This document shows, piece by piece, positions 39,229-49,335 of a stretch of DNA of 52,146 nucleotides (the stretch's first letter is position 1; the number at the start of each line of letters is the position of its first letter). The position numbers and the translations under genes are program-made. The notes under the pieces are model-generated. The model did no database searches and was not told the origin of the DNA. It saw only the letters and a list, made by a program, of their open reading frames with translations. This DNA comes from an uncultured bacterium (GTDB lineage Bacteria; CAZSTA01): contig CAZSTA010000002.1 of assembly GCA_964609495.1 (NCBI GenBank), positions 1-52,146 of the forward strand. The letters run 5' to 3'.

Positions 39229-40485
39229 CTATCTCTCCCGATGCAATGTCTCTGGCATTGTGGTCAACAAGGGAATCCTCAAAAGCAGATCGACTACAAC
39301 AGGAATAAGAAAGACATAAGCAGGACCGATCCCCCTCCATATAAATCCCCCTATCAGAGGGGCGGGGATGGTAACCAAACCCCCAAAGAGGCCCAGAAGG
39401 CCACTCCATCTTCCCATCTGCCCTACCGGAACAAGCTCAAGAGTCATAGAACTTATAAAAACGGAGGAGATGAAATAGAAGCCCCATAAAGTTCCCGCTA
39501 GGACCAGAGTAGTCGAGTTGGGAGAGAGAATAAGTAATAGACTGGAGATATACCACAGGGGGGTTAACATATAGATAACCTTTTTTCGCCCGATCCTGTC
39601 CGCAAGTCTCCCCAGAGGAATCCCGAATAGAAGGCGCACTGCGATCATAGCGGTGGTCATCTCCCCCAACACATATTGATCTGCTCCTTTAATCTGATGG
39701 GCAAAGACCTGTAAAAAAGGAGTGGTCATAGCCATAGGGAGCAAGGATAAAGAGGAGACCAAAATCCATCTCCTCAAGGTGGCGCTGTCATGTTCAAAGA
39801 GCTGCCGAAAATCGCGTATGAAACTAGGATTAATCCTCCCTTCAGATATCTTTTCCCGCTTAGGCTCTCTCAATTGAGCAGCTACAAAGAGGAAGATAAG
39901 GCTATATCCCCCGAACTGGATGTAATATAGGGGTCTGATACCTTCAACATTTATCCCTCCAAAGGATGTGATCAAGAAGGCGGCAATCAGAGGGGATATT
40001 AGAGAAGCTATGCCTGAGAGGGTGGTGCAGAGGTTCTGACCAGTCGCCCTATCCTCATTCTGTAGGGAATCGGCGCAGATCACACTACAACCGGTCCCCA
40101 CCAATCTCATAGAGAGCGAAAATACGATCATTGCGAGTATGATTGCTCTCCAATCTGGTGCTGTTGCATAAATCAACATTGCCCCTGCCATCAGTCCTAT
40201 GCCAAGAAGGTAAAACCTCTTAATTCCGTGTCGATCTACTAGCCATCCTACCAGCATGGAGATCGATGAGCTTACCCCGCTTCCAATGCTGCTTATTAAC
40301 CCCAACTGGACGGGATTTGCTCCTAGAGCCATCGCGTAAATGGAGCTATATTGGATGGTGAGGTTGTTCAGGAAATTGCTCGCCGCGGCACGTGTGATCG
40401 CCACTTTGTAATTGCGTTTCTGCCGAGCAACGAATCCCTTCACTCTCCCGATCGCCTTACTAACTACGCCAAGCGAAATTTGCAT
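39229..40485 (-). CDS. MFS transporter
   Basis: Motif A copies GWLVDRHGIK and GRLADRIGRK. Confidence 0.9.
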   Translation of the reverse strand: MQISLGVVSKAIGRVKGFVARQKRNYKVAITRAAASNFLNNLTIQYSSIYAMALGANPVQLGLISSIGSGVSSSISMLVGWLVDRHGIKRFYLLGIGLMAGAMLIYATAPDWRAIILAMIVFSLSMRLVGTGCSVICADSLQNEDRATGQNLCTTLSGIASLISPLIAAFLITSFGGINVEGIRPLYYIQFGGYSLIFLFVAAQLREPKREKISEGRINPSFIRDFRQLFEHDSATLRRWILVSSLSLLPMAMTTPFLQVFAHQIKGADQYVLGEMTTAMIAVRLLFGIPLGRLADRIGRKKVIYMLTPLWYISSLLLILSPNSTTLVLAGTLWGFYFISSVFISSMTLELVPVGQMGRWSGLLGLFGGLVTIPAPLIGGFIWRGIGPAYVFLIPVVVDLLLRIPLLTTMPETLHRER

Positions 40486-40518
40486 TCTCTCATCTCCTAA
40501 AATAAATATAAGAGCCAG

Positions 40519-40647
40519 TCATAACTGATGATCTGACCGGCTCAACTGCATATCTAACTTGTTTATATCCCTTAGCACTTCCCTATCGGCAATTATCCTC
40601 CCCCCATCCAGTATTATCGAACGTTCAAATAATTCCAGAACCACTAA
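40519..40647 (-). pseudogene. C-terminal remnant of an ABC/ECF (CbiO-like) ATPase
   Basis: Start-less frame LVVLELFERSIILDGGRIIADREVLRD resembles the post-H-loop segment of ABC ATPases. Confidence 0.5.
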
Positions 40648-40701
40648 ACGCTTTGAATTAAGCCAATAAAAAAAACCCCTTTCGTGTTATCTTTTTATCG
40701 A

Positions 40702-40730
40702 ATTATAACACGATATTCGGGAAGAGTCAA
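40702..40730 (-). promoter_or_regulatory. Sigma70 promoter upstream of the MFS gene
   Basis: TTGACT-17-TATAAT with extended TG. Confidence 0.7.
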
Positions 40731-40747
40731 GACCCCTTATTAATTTT

Positions 40748-40948
40748 GGAAGCATATAAAATCTGGGATCTGAGATCTAATTTACCTTGTATTACACCCT
40801 CCCCCTATCCTCCTCCCATCGAGGGAGGGGGAACTAAAGAGATCAGCTCTATCTCGATGTCCCCTCTCCCCTCGTGGGAGAGGGCCAGGGTGAGGGGGAA
40901 TTATAATTCGATCTGAAATCACTTTGATCCCCGATTCTATATGCATCC
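40748..40948. mobile_element. MITE copy 2: 201 bp, 23-bp TIRs, 9-bp target-site duplication
   Basis: Left TIR GGAAGCATATAAAATCTGGGATC vs right reverse complement GGATGCATATAGAATCGGGGATC; ATTAATTTT at 40739-40747 and 40949-40957. Confidence 0.8.
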
Positions 40949-41033
40949 ATTAATTTTTTTTAATGTGATAAAATTATGATAGATTATCCGCTCAAAGACC
41001 GAAAGGCAGAGGATTTCTCTCTCAGCTTAAAAG

Positions 41034-42308
41034 TTATAGGGATAGAACCTTCAATCCATCCATATAAGGACGTAAAGCCTCCGGAATAACCACGCTTCCA
41101 TCAGCTTGTTGATAGTTCTCCAAAATAGCCATCATCGTTCGACCTACAGCTAATCCTGATCCATCCAGGGTGTGCACGAAATCCGATTTACCTCCTATCC
41201 CTGGGTGAAACCTTATACCTATTCGCCTCGCTTGAAAATCCTCGTAGTTGCTACAAGATGATATCTCTCGATATTCTCGGTAATAAGGTGACCAAACCTC
41301 GATATTGTAACACTTCGCCGCCGAGAAACTCAGAGAACCAGTGCATAAATTAACTACTCGATAGGGGAGTTCGAGCCTCTGCAATATATCCTCCACCTCA
41401 GCTACCAACTTCTCTAACTCCATATATGAATCATCTGGTTTAACGAACTTCACAAGCTCCACCATATTAAATTGATGAACTCGATAGAGACCTTTAGCAT
41501 CACGACCGTATGAGCCAGCCTCTTTTCTGAAACAAGGGGTACAGCTAACATAATAGAAAGGGAGCTGATCTGCCTTCAAGATCTCACCTCGATGAATATT
41601 GATAAGTGGCACCTCCGAAGTGGGAATAAGGAAGAGTCCCTCATCCTTACAACTGAACATCTCATCTCTGAATCTGGGCAATTGACCGGTGCCAAATAGA
41701 CATTCCTCCCTCGCCAGGAGAGGAGGATAAACCTCTGTATAGCCATGTTCTTTAATATGGATATCCAGCATAAAGTTTATAAGAACTCGCTCCATTTTAG
41801 CTCCTAGGTGCTTGGACACCGGAAACCTAGAGCCAGAGATCTTAGCTCCTCGTTCAAAATCGAGTATCTCTAAAGCCTCTCCTATATCCCAGTGAGGTTG
41901 GATAGGAAAGCCGAATTCAGGGATCTCTCCCCATCGTTTGATCTCTATATTACCTGAATCATCAGGACCAAAGGAAACGGAGGAATGAGGTATATTAGGA
42001 ATTGACCCTAGTATCCTCTCCAGCTTATCCTCATAAACCTTAACTTGGGCTTCCATCTCCTTGATCTGAGCTGAGACCTCTCGCATCTTTTTGATCTGCT
42101 CGCTAGCATCATCTCCCCTCTTCTTCATCTTTCCAATCTGATGCGAAACGAGGTTTCTAATATGCTTAAGTCTCCCTAGATCACGTAGTATATCTCTTCG
42201 CTCCTCGTCATACTGAGCGAAGCCTACTAGATCCACCTCCATACCTCTAGCATCCAGAACTTCTTGCACTACCTCCAGATTGGAGCGGACAAACTTAATA
42301 TCTAACAT
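41034..42308 (-). CDS. serS: Seryl-tRNA synthetase with atypical active-site residues
   Basis: MLDIKFVR, coiled-coil arm, GTGQLP, PTSEVPL, FRKEAGSYGRD, EISSCSN, GSGLAVGR. Confidence 0.9.
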   Translation of the reverse strand: MLDIKFVRSNLEVVQEVLDARGMEVDLVGFAQYDEERRDILRDLGRLKHIRNLVSHQIGKMKKRGDDASEQIKKMREVSAQIKEMEAQVKVYEDKLERILGSIPNIPHSSVSFGPDDSGNIEIKRWGEIPEFGFPIQPHWDIGEALEILDFERGAKISGSRFPVSKHLGAKMERVLINFMLDIHIKEHGYTEVYPPLLAREECLFGTGQLPRFRDEMFSCKDEGLFLIPTSEVPLINIHRGEILKADQLPFYYVSCTPCFRKEAGSYGRDAKGLYRVHQFNMVELVKFVKPDDSYMELEKLVAEVEDILQRLELPYRVVNLCTGSLSFSAAKCYNIEVWSPYYREYREISSCSNYEDFQARRIGIRFHPGIGGKSDFVHTLDGSGLAVGRTMMAILENYQQADGSVVIPEALRPYMDGLKVLSL

Positions 42309-42359
42309 TAATAAGCGACTCCTTCAACATTCTTAAAAGAGTTGAAGACAGGTGTATTT

Positions 42360-43517
42360 TCATTCTCCAGAGCGAGAGATTTTACTTCCAAAATTTATAA
42401 AAATAGAGCTGAAACTTCCTGCTAAAGAACAGATCCCCATCATTATCACGAAACCGAATTGATCAGTTAGAGTCCCTCCTAGACCCGAACCTACTATCTG
42501 TCCGACTCCATTCGCCGCGTTATACAATCCTGCCACTTGTCCTCGCCTCTTAGCACTCATATCCGCCACATAGGTCATAGAGGCGGAGAGAAAAGTGGCG
42601 TAGGCAAAAGCTCTAAGTATCTGAGCGAATACTATCAAGGTAGCTATAGGGAAGAAGATGTATAAAAGAAAGACTACCGATACCCCCACCAAGCAGAAGC
42701 CGAGCATCGGTCTTCGACCCCATATATCCGATAGATGCCCGGTCCAGCCCATAAGGGGAAATTCCAAGAGCGAACCGATCGCCCAGAAGCGGAATATCCA
42801 AGTCTTCGAATAACCCAAACTAGCCATATAACTTGGCCACATCGAATAGACAGCGCTCATTATCGTAGCCCAAGCTAGAGTTCCCACTAATAGAGGCGCT
42901 AAGGATTGCTCCCTCCCTTCTGGGATCTCGACTATCTTCTCCTCAGGGATAACCGCTTTGGCCGGATCGGAAGGGACCTCCTTAAGAGCCAAGGATAAAA
43001 TAAAGGCTACTCCTAAAAAGATGGCGGAAAGACCGAAGGGAACTCGCAAGGAGAATCTATCAGCGATACTTCCGGTGCTCATAACCGCGATACCAAAGGC
43101 TAATGAGCCAAAGCCTCGGTAGTTGCCCATACGTCTACCACGACCCGTCTGGCTCTGGATTATATCTCCCATCAAAGCTAGGCTAGAGGTGCTATAGGCT
43201 GCAGTCGCGATCCCGACCAGGACGCGGGCAATCCAAACTAAGGAGAGTCGATCTGCCAAAGCCATCATTAAATAGCTAACCGCAAGCAATCCCAAACTAC
43301 CAGTTATAAGCGATTTTCTCCTCCTGGTTTTATCTAAATAGCGACCCCAATAGTAACTCGACAGGACTAAGGCGATGGAGGAGGAGGTCAAAACCGCGGC
43401 GATCTGAGAATAGCTAGCTCCTAAAGATTCTATAAAGAGCGGGGTGGGAGGTCCAGTCATACCCCCGCAGAGGAAGAACAGGAAAAGGATAATAGTTAGA
43501 CAAAATAGAGGACTCAT
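42360..43517 (-). CDS. MFS transporter
   Basis: WGRYLDKTRRRK and GHLSDIWGRR motif A copies; start overlaps upstream stop (ATGA). Confidence 0.88.
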   Translation of the reverse strand: MSPLFCLTIILFLFFLCGGMTGPPTPLFIESLGASYSQIAAVLTSSSIALVLSSYYWGRYLDKTRRRKSLITGSLGLLAVSYLMMALADRLSLVWIARVLVGIATAAYSTSSLALMGDIIQSQTGRGRRMGNYRGFGSLAFGIAVMSTGSIADRFSLRVPFGLSAIFLGVAFILSLALKEVPSDPAKAVIPEEKIVEIPEGREQSLAPLLVGTLAWATIMSAVYSMWPSYMASLGYSKTWIFRFWAIGSLLEFPLMGWTGHLSDIWGRRPMLGFCLVGVSVVFLLYIFFPIATLIVFAQILRAFAYATFLSASMTYVADMSAKRRGQVAGLYNAANGVGQIVGSGLGGTLTDQFGFVIMMGICSLAGSFSSIFINFGSKISRSGE

Positions 43518-44851
43518 ATCCGTCGTTTATCCCTATTTGATAACTCTCTCATCTTATCAGCTATAGCTCTCATTACTCCATATTCCTTCTCCTCCAAAAG
43601 CTTCCTCGCCTCTTCAACTTTACCCTCAGCTAAAAGTATGCCTATTTCCTCCTCCAAGGCCTCTACTCCCCATTCGATCCTCCTCTCGACTTCCTCTATA
43701 CGGGAGATCGCTTTCGTCTTACTCTCTGAGTGAAAATGTATCCCATTTACGGCTTGCCACATTTTCCCATTCACTAAGAAATCGGGCAAACTATCCAAGC
43801 TTAGATGAAGGGGGAAGTAATAGGTATGCAGAGGATATCCATCGGATACCCAAGCCATAGATAGAAAATCGGTATTGTCCTTGCGAGTGATGGAAGTAAA
43901 AGCGGATACAGTTCCTGGGTTACAGATCGATTTTGGATAATTATCAGTATCCCTCGACACCTTATTAAACAGAGAGGCTATTATCTCTCCTTCGCTAGCT
44001 TTAATAAGCTGAGTCGCTTGAGCTAACCTATGCTCGCTCGATTCATCGCCACTATCCGCTAATTTCCCCAATAGGAAGTGATTGCTTCGCACTAAAAAGG
44101 CATCTTCAACCCATTGATGCTCTACCATCTTATCGGTAGCCTCGATCACTAATCCCCTATCTCTATCGACAAATAGATAGATCGAGCCCCGATTATTCGT
44201 AATCGCGACCAACCCTCGTTTATACAACTTCTGAAATAAGTTCAGAACATCTTCACAAGAACGAGCATTCTCCGCCAAAAGCCGCATAGTGAGGTGTTCG
44301 TTAAATCCTACGTTGTTCTCCTTTGCCTCTCTTATAGGAGAGCCGCTGTTAGATGCTCCTGCTAAACCCGCGTCATTCAAGAAATAGGCTACTCCCAAAT
44401 TGCCCCCGACCTCTATCGAACCCAAATATTTGAGAGAGGAGGGTAATTTCTTCAAATAAACACTCTGAACACTTATATCATAATCCCTATTTTTATGTAA
44501 GATACTCTCTCCAGTGAGCGTCGCACTCCCGACAGCCATAAAGGAAGTACAATTATCGCTCTTCCATATATCTTCAGGGGGAGTATTCAAGGCTAATATC
44601 TCCCTAAGCTCAGCTCCAACGGTCGAAGCTAGAGCCTCAGCCTCCTCCAACCAAGCTGGAGAAATCCCCTCTATCACAGCTTTGAGTCTCTCTCCCCGTT
44701 CCCAAAGGTATTCCCTGGATATTCCCTTCCTTTCAGCGGAATCATAAAAATACCCGAACTTTTCCCTTATAGCATCAGCCGTCGCTTTACCATACCTTCT
44801 TCCCACCTCACCAGGAGTTCCTATAAGACTTATACAATTTAAATCTTCCAA
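43514..44851 (-). CDS. Peptidase C45 / acyl-CoA:6-APA acyltransferase family (Ntn hydrolase)
   Basis: NCTSF autocleavage Cys, HKNRD, LNDAGL, RSNHF. Confidence 0.8.
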   Translation of the reverse strand: MEDLNCISLIGTPGEVGRRYGKATADAIREKFGYFYDSAERKGISREYLWERGERLKAVIEGISPAWLEEAEALASTVGAELREILALNTPPEDIWKSDNCTSFMAVGSATLTGESILHKNRDYDISVQSVYLKKLPSSLKYLGSIEVGGNLGVAYFLNDAGLAGASNSGSPIREAKENNVGFNEHLTMRLLAENARSCEDVLNLFQKLYKRGLVAITNNRGSIYLFVDRDRGLVIEATDKMVEHQWVEDAFLVRSNHFLLGKLADSGDESSEHRLAQATQLIKASEGEIIASLFNKVSRDTDNYPKSICNPGTVSAFTSITRKDNTDFLSMAWVSDGYPLHTYYFPLHLSLDSLPDFLVNGKMWQAVNGIHFHSESKTKAISRIEEVERRIEWGVEALEEEIGILLAEGKVEEARKLLEEKEYGVMRAIADKMRELSNRDKRRI

Positions 44852-44903
44852 GCGAGAGGCACTCTCCTTTCTCCCCGGCTTTTGAGAACATCACAATGCT
44901 ATA

Positions 44904-44932
44904 AATATAGCACACTTGAGGTCGATTGTCAA
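44904..44932 (-). promoter_or_regulatory. Sigma70 promoter of C45-MFS-serS
   Basis: TTGACA-17-TATATT with extended TG. Confidence 0.65.
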
Positions 44933-44954
44933 GATCACCTCATCTCAATCTGAT

Positions 44955-47087
44955 TTATCTCTCCATAATCTCAAAGAATAAAATATCCGATTTCGTCCCA
45001 TCTAGTATATTGACTTTCATCCCTTCCTTTAGCAGTTCCTTCCCCTCGATCTCCCCGATTACATCTTTCGAGTTTGCCGATCTTATTCGATATTTAGCAG
45101 AAGGAGATAATTTTCGGAGCTTCAGATGACAACTATCATCTGGGCTATCTCCTCGAAAGGCGAAGAGCATCCCCTCTCCGCTTCTCTTATCCACAAATAG
45201 GGTCGCATCCCATCTCGCCTCATCCAGCGGTTGAGGCAGGAGATGATAGGCTGGACTGTCGATTTCCCTTCTCCTCTCCTTATATATCCTTATACAAGAT
45301 ACCAATCTCTCTCTTTGCTCAGTTGTAAGCGCTGATAGATCAGAGCAGATTCCGAAGGCCCCCATCATAGCACTCCTGACTTTATACTCCAGATCACCAC
45401 TCAAATCCACTGTTGACCAACGAATCGCATATCTTGGTAAGAATGGCCCACACGCTCCATAGAAATGACGCCTGGAATCATAAGTCCTGATATCATCATG
45501 CACCCAAAGGATATGCGCCCTTCTGAAAACGCCAAAGTCCATTATCCGACCTCCACCCTCGCAACACTCTATTAACAGATCGGGATTTCTCCTCCTCAGC
45601 TCGTCCAATATCTCATAGAAGGATAGAACTTGATAGAACCAGGCATCCTCCGAATTCTGATGATGATGCCAGGGAGCATAGCAGTGATGGAAGGTATGCT
45701 GATCGAACTTGAGCCAAGAGATATTATATCGCTTCACTATCGAGTCGATCTCCTCAACGATATAATCCTTATACCCCGAGGCTAGGCACGCTAATTGAGA
45801 GCGATTCCAACCATCAGAAAAGGTCCCTCCTCCCTTATCCCGAACGATCCAATCCAGTTGATAAGCAGAGGCGCTGGGATCGAAATTGGCGAGGGATACC
45901 CAAAGCCCCAGCTTCATCCCCAATTGGTTCACATAATCCGATAGCTCCCTCATCCCTTTCGGGAACTTTCTCCTATCGACTCGCTTATCCCCAACCGAGA
46001 TGCTCCAGCCCGCATCGACCAAGAAGGTCTCTATCCCCAACTCCGCTGCCAGTCTCGCTTGCTCCTTCATCGTCCCTTCGTTGAAGAACCACTCGGTCCA
46101 GAACCACGAGTTATATTCGATGGGGGGTAATTTGTGGGGCCACCAACTGGGCATATCAGGGATGAGGTATCTCTCCTGAAAATCCTGAACGCTCACACAA
46201 GCCTCCTCATAACCCCCTTTATAGAATCCGATTATCGCCCCCGCCGAGGAGATCGATTCTCCAGCGATGAGCCAATGGGTGAAGCGCCTATCTATCCCCG
46301 CTTGGAGGTGAGTATATCCACGGTAGGAATCGATCTCGACCTCCCAGGGACCGCTCCACTCCAGTCCTACATATATCCCTTCTCCTTCCCTCTTATCATT
46401 TATCACTAACCAGGGGATATCCAAACTCCCCGAATGAAGATCGGATATATGGCGAAAGGCGTATTCATCCTCTATCTCCTCCGGAGGTATTCTACCCGAA
46501 CCGAATCTGAAGACATCGCCATCCCTCAAATCCCTCCGTTCCAGCTTTAGATCTTCCCCCTCTTTATCCAATATTCCTCGCACTGCGTAAACCTCCGTCG
46601 CGTTTGGAGAGGGGAGCATAAACTTCAATATTTCGGAGGATAGCCAGCCTCCTATATGAAAGGGCTTGGTGGATATATTCTCGATGTCGAGCCACTTCCG
46701 TAATACTGCCGTTTCAGGATATATCTGATAATTGAGAGTGATCCTGAGCTGGCGATTCCTCATACGAACAGTGAGGAGCATACTATCATCAGGGAGAATC
46801 TTTATATCCTCGCCCTCGGGGCGGAGGAATATACCCGACTCTCCAGACAGAAGCTCATCCTTATGCCCAAGAGCGAATTCAGCGGAGGTGAGATCGGAGG
46901 TGATGTATTCGGTGGAGGTGAGTTTGTTGAGAAAGGATGAGCAGGTATATTCTCCACTAAGAGAGTTGTAGAGAAGGGTCCGTTCTAAGCCCTGATTCCC
47001 GATGACCCACTTGCGGAGGTTTTTATCCTCGTAGATGCGGATATAACAGTCCTTACTGGTGCGCTCACTGAGGAGGACTTCAGCCAC
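44955..47087 (-). CDS. Glycoside hydrolase family 36 (alpha-galactosidase-like)
   Basis: YNSW, LVDAGW, KFPKG, LKFD, ECCEGGGR, WVHD. Confidence 0.88.
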   Translation of the reverse strand: MAEVLLSERTSKDCYIRIYEDKNLRKWVIGNQGLERTLLYNSLSGEYTCSSFLNKLTSTEYITSDLTSAEFALGHKDELLSGESGIFLRPEGEDIKILPDDSMLLTVRMRNRQLRITLNYQIYPETAVLRKWLDIENISTKPFHIGGWLSSEILKFMLPSPNATEVYAVRGILDKEGEDLKLERRDLRDGDVFRFGSGRIPPEEIEDEYAFRHISDLHSGSLDIPWLVINDKREGEGIYVGLEWSGPWEVEIDSYRGYTHLQAGIDRRFTHWLIAGESISSAGAIIGFYKGGYEEACVSVQDFQERYLIPDMPSWWPHKLPPIEYNSWFWTEWFFNEGTMKEQARLAAELGIETFLVDAGWSISVGDKRVDRRKFPKGMRELSDYVNQLGMKLGLWVSLANFDPSASAYQLDWIVRDKGGGTFSDGWNRSQLACLASGYKDYIVEEIDSIVKRYNISWLKFDQHTFHHCYAPWHHHQNSEDAWFYQVLSFYEILDELRRRNPDLLIECCEGGGRIMDFGVFRRAHILWVHDDIRTYDSRRHFYGACGPFLPRYAIRWSTVDLSGDLEYKVRSAMMGAFGICSDLSALTTEQRERLVSCIRIYKERRREIDSPAYHLLPQPLDEARWDATLFVDKRSGEGMLFAFRGDSPDDSCHLKLRKLSPSAKYRIRSANSKDVIGEIEGKELLKEGMKVNILDGTKSDILFFEIMER

Positions 47088-47163
47088 AGTTCATTACCAA
47101 CCTTTAATTTCATCTAAAGATCACTAAAATCGTCAATTCCCCCTTAGCAGGTACAATCTTTAT

Positions 47164-49299
47164 CTAATCCTTATAACCTGACACTAGAACTAAATCTATT
47201 TTTCTCTCCTCTTTATTCACCCTAGCTACCTGAACTTTCACTCGATCCCCAAGCCTAAATCTTCTCTTGTTATGCTCGCCTATCAAAGCCAAATGTTTCT
47301 CATAGAAGACGTAGTAATCATCTGCTAAGCTCTCTACATGCACCAATCCCTCAACGAATAAGTTATCAAGCTCCACAAAGAAACCAAAGGGCATAACCTG
47401 GGAGATCGTTCCAGATAATACCTCTCCCAACATATCCTCCAGAAACTCGATCTTCTTCATCTCCACCGATTCCCGCTCCACCTCGACAGCGATACGCTCC
47501 CTCTCAGAAGTCCTCTCCGCTATAGGGGGCAACATCTCCTCCCATCTCCTTATCTTCTCCTTAGAGGGGAATCCTTGTCTCGAAACTTGACGAACGATAC
47601 GATGAACAACTAAATCAGGATAGCGACGGATAGGAGAGGTGAAATGGGTGTACCTATCGGTTGCCAATCCGAAATGTCCGGCATTGATCTCCGAATAGCG
47701 AGCTTGCTTGAGGGAGCGCAATATCAGCATATTAATAAGTTTCTCCTCGGGCTTCCCCTTAGCTTTCTCAAGGATACTCTGTAAAGCGCGGGAGCTAACT
47801 TTTTTAGTCTTTTTGGTATGATAACCAAAAGCTCTGATAAAGTCATGAAGTTCGAGTATCTTCTCTGGATCGGGTTTCTCATGGATACGATATAGGAAGG
47901 GAAGATGCATCCGAGTTATATGACTGGCGATGGTCTCGTTGGCGATAAGCATAAATTCCTCTATCAAACGGTGACTAGCTAATCGTTTCTTCTCATATAT
48001 CTTGATCGGCCTTCCCCTATCGTCCAGGGTCACCTCAACCTCTGGTATATCGAGATCTAAGCTTCCTCTTCTCCCTCTCTTCCTATTCAAGACGAGACTC
48101 AGTTCGAGCATAGTATCTAGATAATCCAGTAACTTCCTGTTCCTCTCAACTAGAGTAGGATCCTCTCGGTCCAGTATCTTCTGAACTTCCTCGTAGGTGA
48201 ATCTTTTCTTAACGTTGATAACGCTTAAAGCTATCTTATGGCTCTTAACCGAACCTTGTGAATCTATCCTCATAATAACGCTCATCGCTAAGCGATCCTC
48301 ACTAGCGATCAAGCTACATAAATGAGAGGATAGCTTCTCTGGAAGCATCGGGATCGCTCTATCAATCAAATAAACGCTCGTTCCTCTCTCGTAGGCATCT
48401 CGATCTATAGCTCCGCCTTCGGCAACATAGTGGCTGACATCGGCGATGTGAACTCCCAAACGATAATCACCGTCATCCGATCTCTCAATAGATACAGCAT
48501 CATCGAAGTCCTTCGCAGTTTTAGGATCTATAGTAATACAAGTAATATCCCTAAGATCCATTCTCCCCTCTATATCGGTCGAGGTGACCCTATCAGGTAA
48601 TTTATCCACCTCCCCCAAAGCTTCGGGCGAAAATTCCACAGGTAATTCATATTCCTTGATGAGACAGAGGATATCCACCCCTGGCTCATCCGGATATCCT
48701 AGTATATCGATAACTTCCCCTTGAGGATGAGTACTCCTCGAGGGCCATTGAGTGATCTCAGCTACTACCTTCTGACCATGTTTGGCTCCATTCGCTTTAC
48801 TGCTGGGGATGAACATCTCCAAAGGGGCTAGACGTTCATCATCAGGGATCACTATCCCCGTCTCGCCATCTATTAATAGATACATCCCAACTATTGTCTC
48901 CCTAGCTCTCTTTATAATCCTGATTATTCTCCCCGAGAGCTTCTTCGTTCGTAGATGACCATATAATTGAACCATCACCCTATCTCCGTGAGAAGCAGCC
49001 CCCATATCCTCAGCGCTTACATAGACATCAACTCCCCCTTTATCTGGGACGACGAAGCCATATCCCATCCTATGTCGTTGAAGATATCCAGTTATCATTC
49101 CCATCTTCTCGGGGATGCCATACTTCTTCCTCTTAAGTTCAATCAATTCCCCTTCATCAACTAGTTCCTTGAGCGATTTCTTTAAGGCACTTTGAGCGCG
49201 CGCCGGGATGTCTAGCTCCCTAGCGATCTGCTTCACCGTTCGAGGCTTGGAAAGGATACGCTCAAGCTCTCTTTTCAAAGTATTAGTTCCTATCTCCAA
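47164..49299 (-). CDS. rnr: Ribonuclease R
   Basis: TIDPKTAKDFDDA, HFTSPIRRYPDL, C-terminal S1 domain. Confidence 0.96.
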   Translation of the reverse strand: MEIGTNTLKRELERILSKPRTVKQIARELDIPARAQSALKKSLKELVDEGELIELKRKKYGIPEKMGMITGYLQRHRMGYGFVVPDKGGVDVYVSAEDMGAASHGDRVMVQLYGHLRTKKLSGRIIRIIKRARETIVGMYLLIDGETGIVIPDDERLAPLEMFIPSSKANGAKHGQKVVAEITQWPSRSTHPQGEVIDILGYPDEPGVDILCLIKEYELPVEFSPEALGEVDKLPDRVTSTDIEGRMDLRDITCITIDPKTAKDFDDAVSIERSDDGDYRLGVHIADVSHYVAEGGAIDRDAYERGTSVYLIDRAIPMLPEKLSSHLCSLIASEDRLAMSVIMRIDSQGSVKSHKIALSVINVKKRFTYEEVQKILDREDPTLVERNRKLLDYLDTMLELSLVLNRKRGRRGSLDLDIPEVEVTLDDRGRPIKIYEKKRLASHRLIEEFMLIANETIASHITRMHLPFLYRIHEKPDPEKILELHDFIRAFGYHTKKTKKVSSRALQSILEKAKGKPEEKLINMLILRSLKQARYSEINAGHFGLATDRYTHFTSPIRRYPDLVVHRIVRQVSRQGFPSKEKIRRWEEMLPPIAERTSERERIAVEVERESVEMKKIEFLEDMLGEVLSGTISQVMPFGFFVELDNLFVEGLVHVESLADDYYVFYEKHLALIGEHNKRRFRLGDRVKVQVARVNKEERKIDLVLVSGYKD

Positions 49300-49335
49300 T
49301 TAATTAATCCTCCAGAATTAAGATATAAGGAGGAT

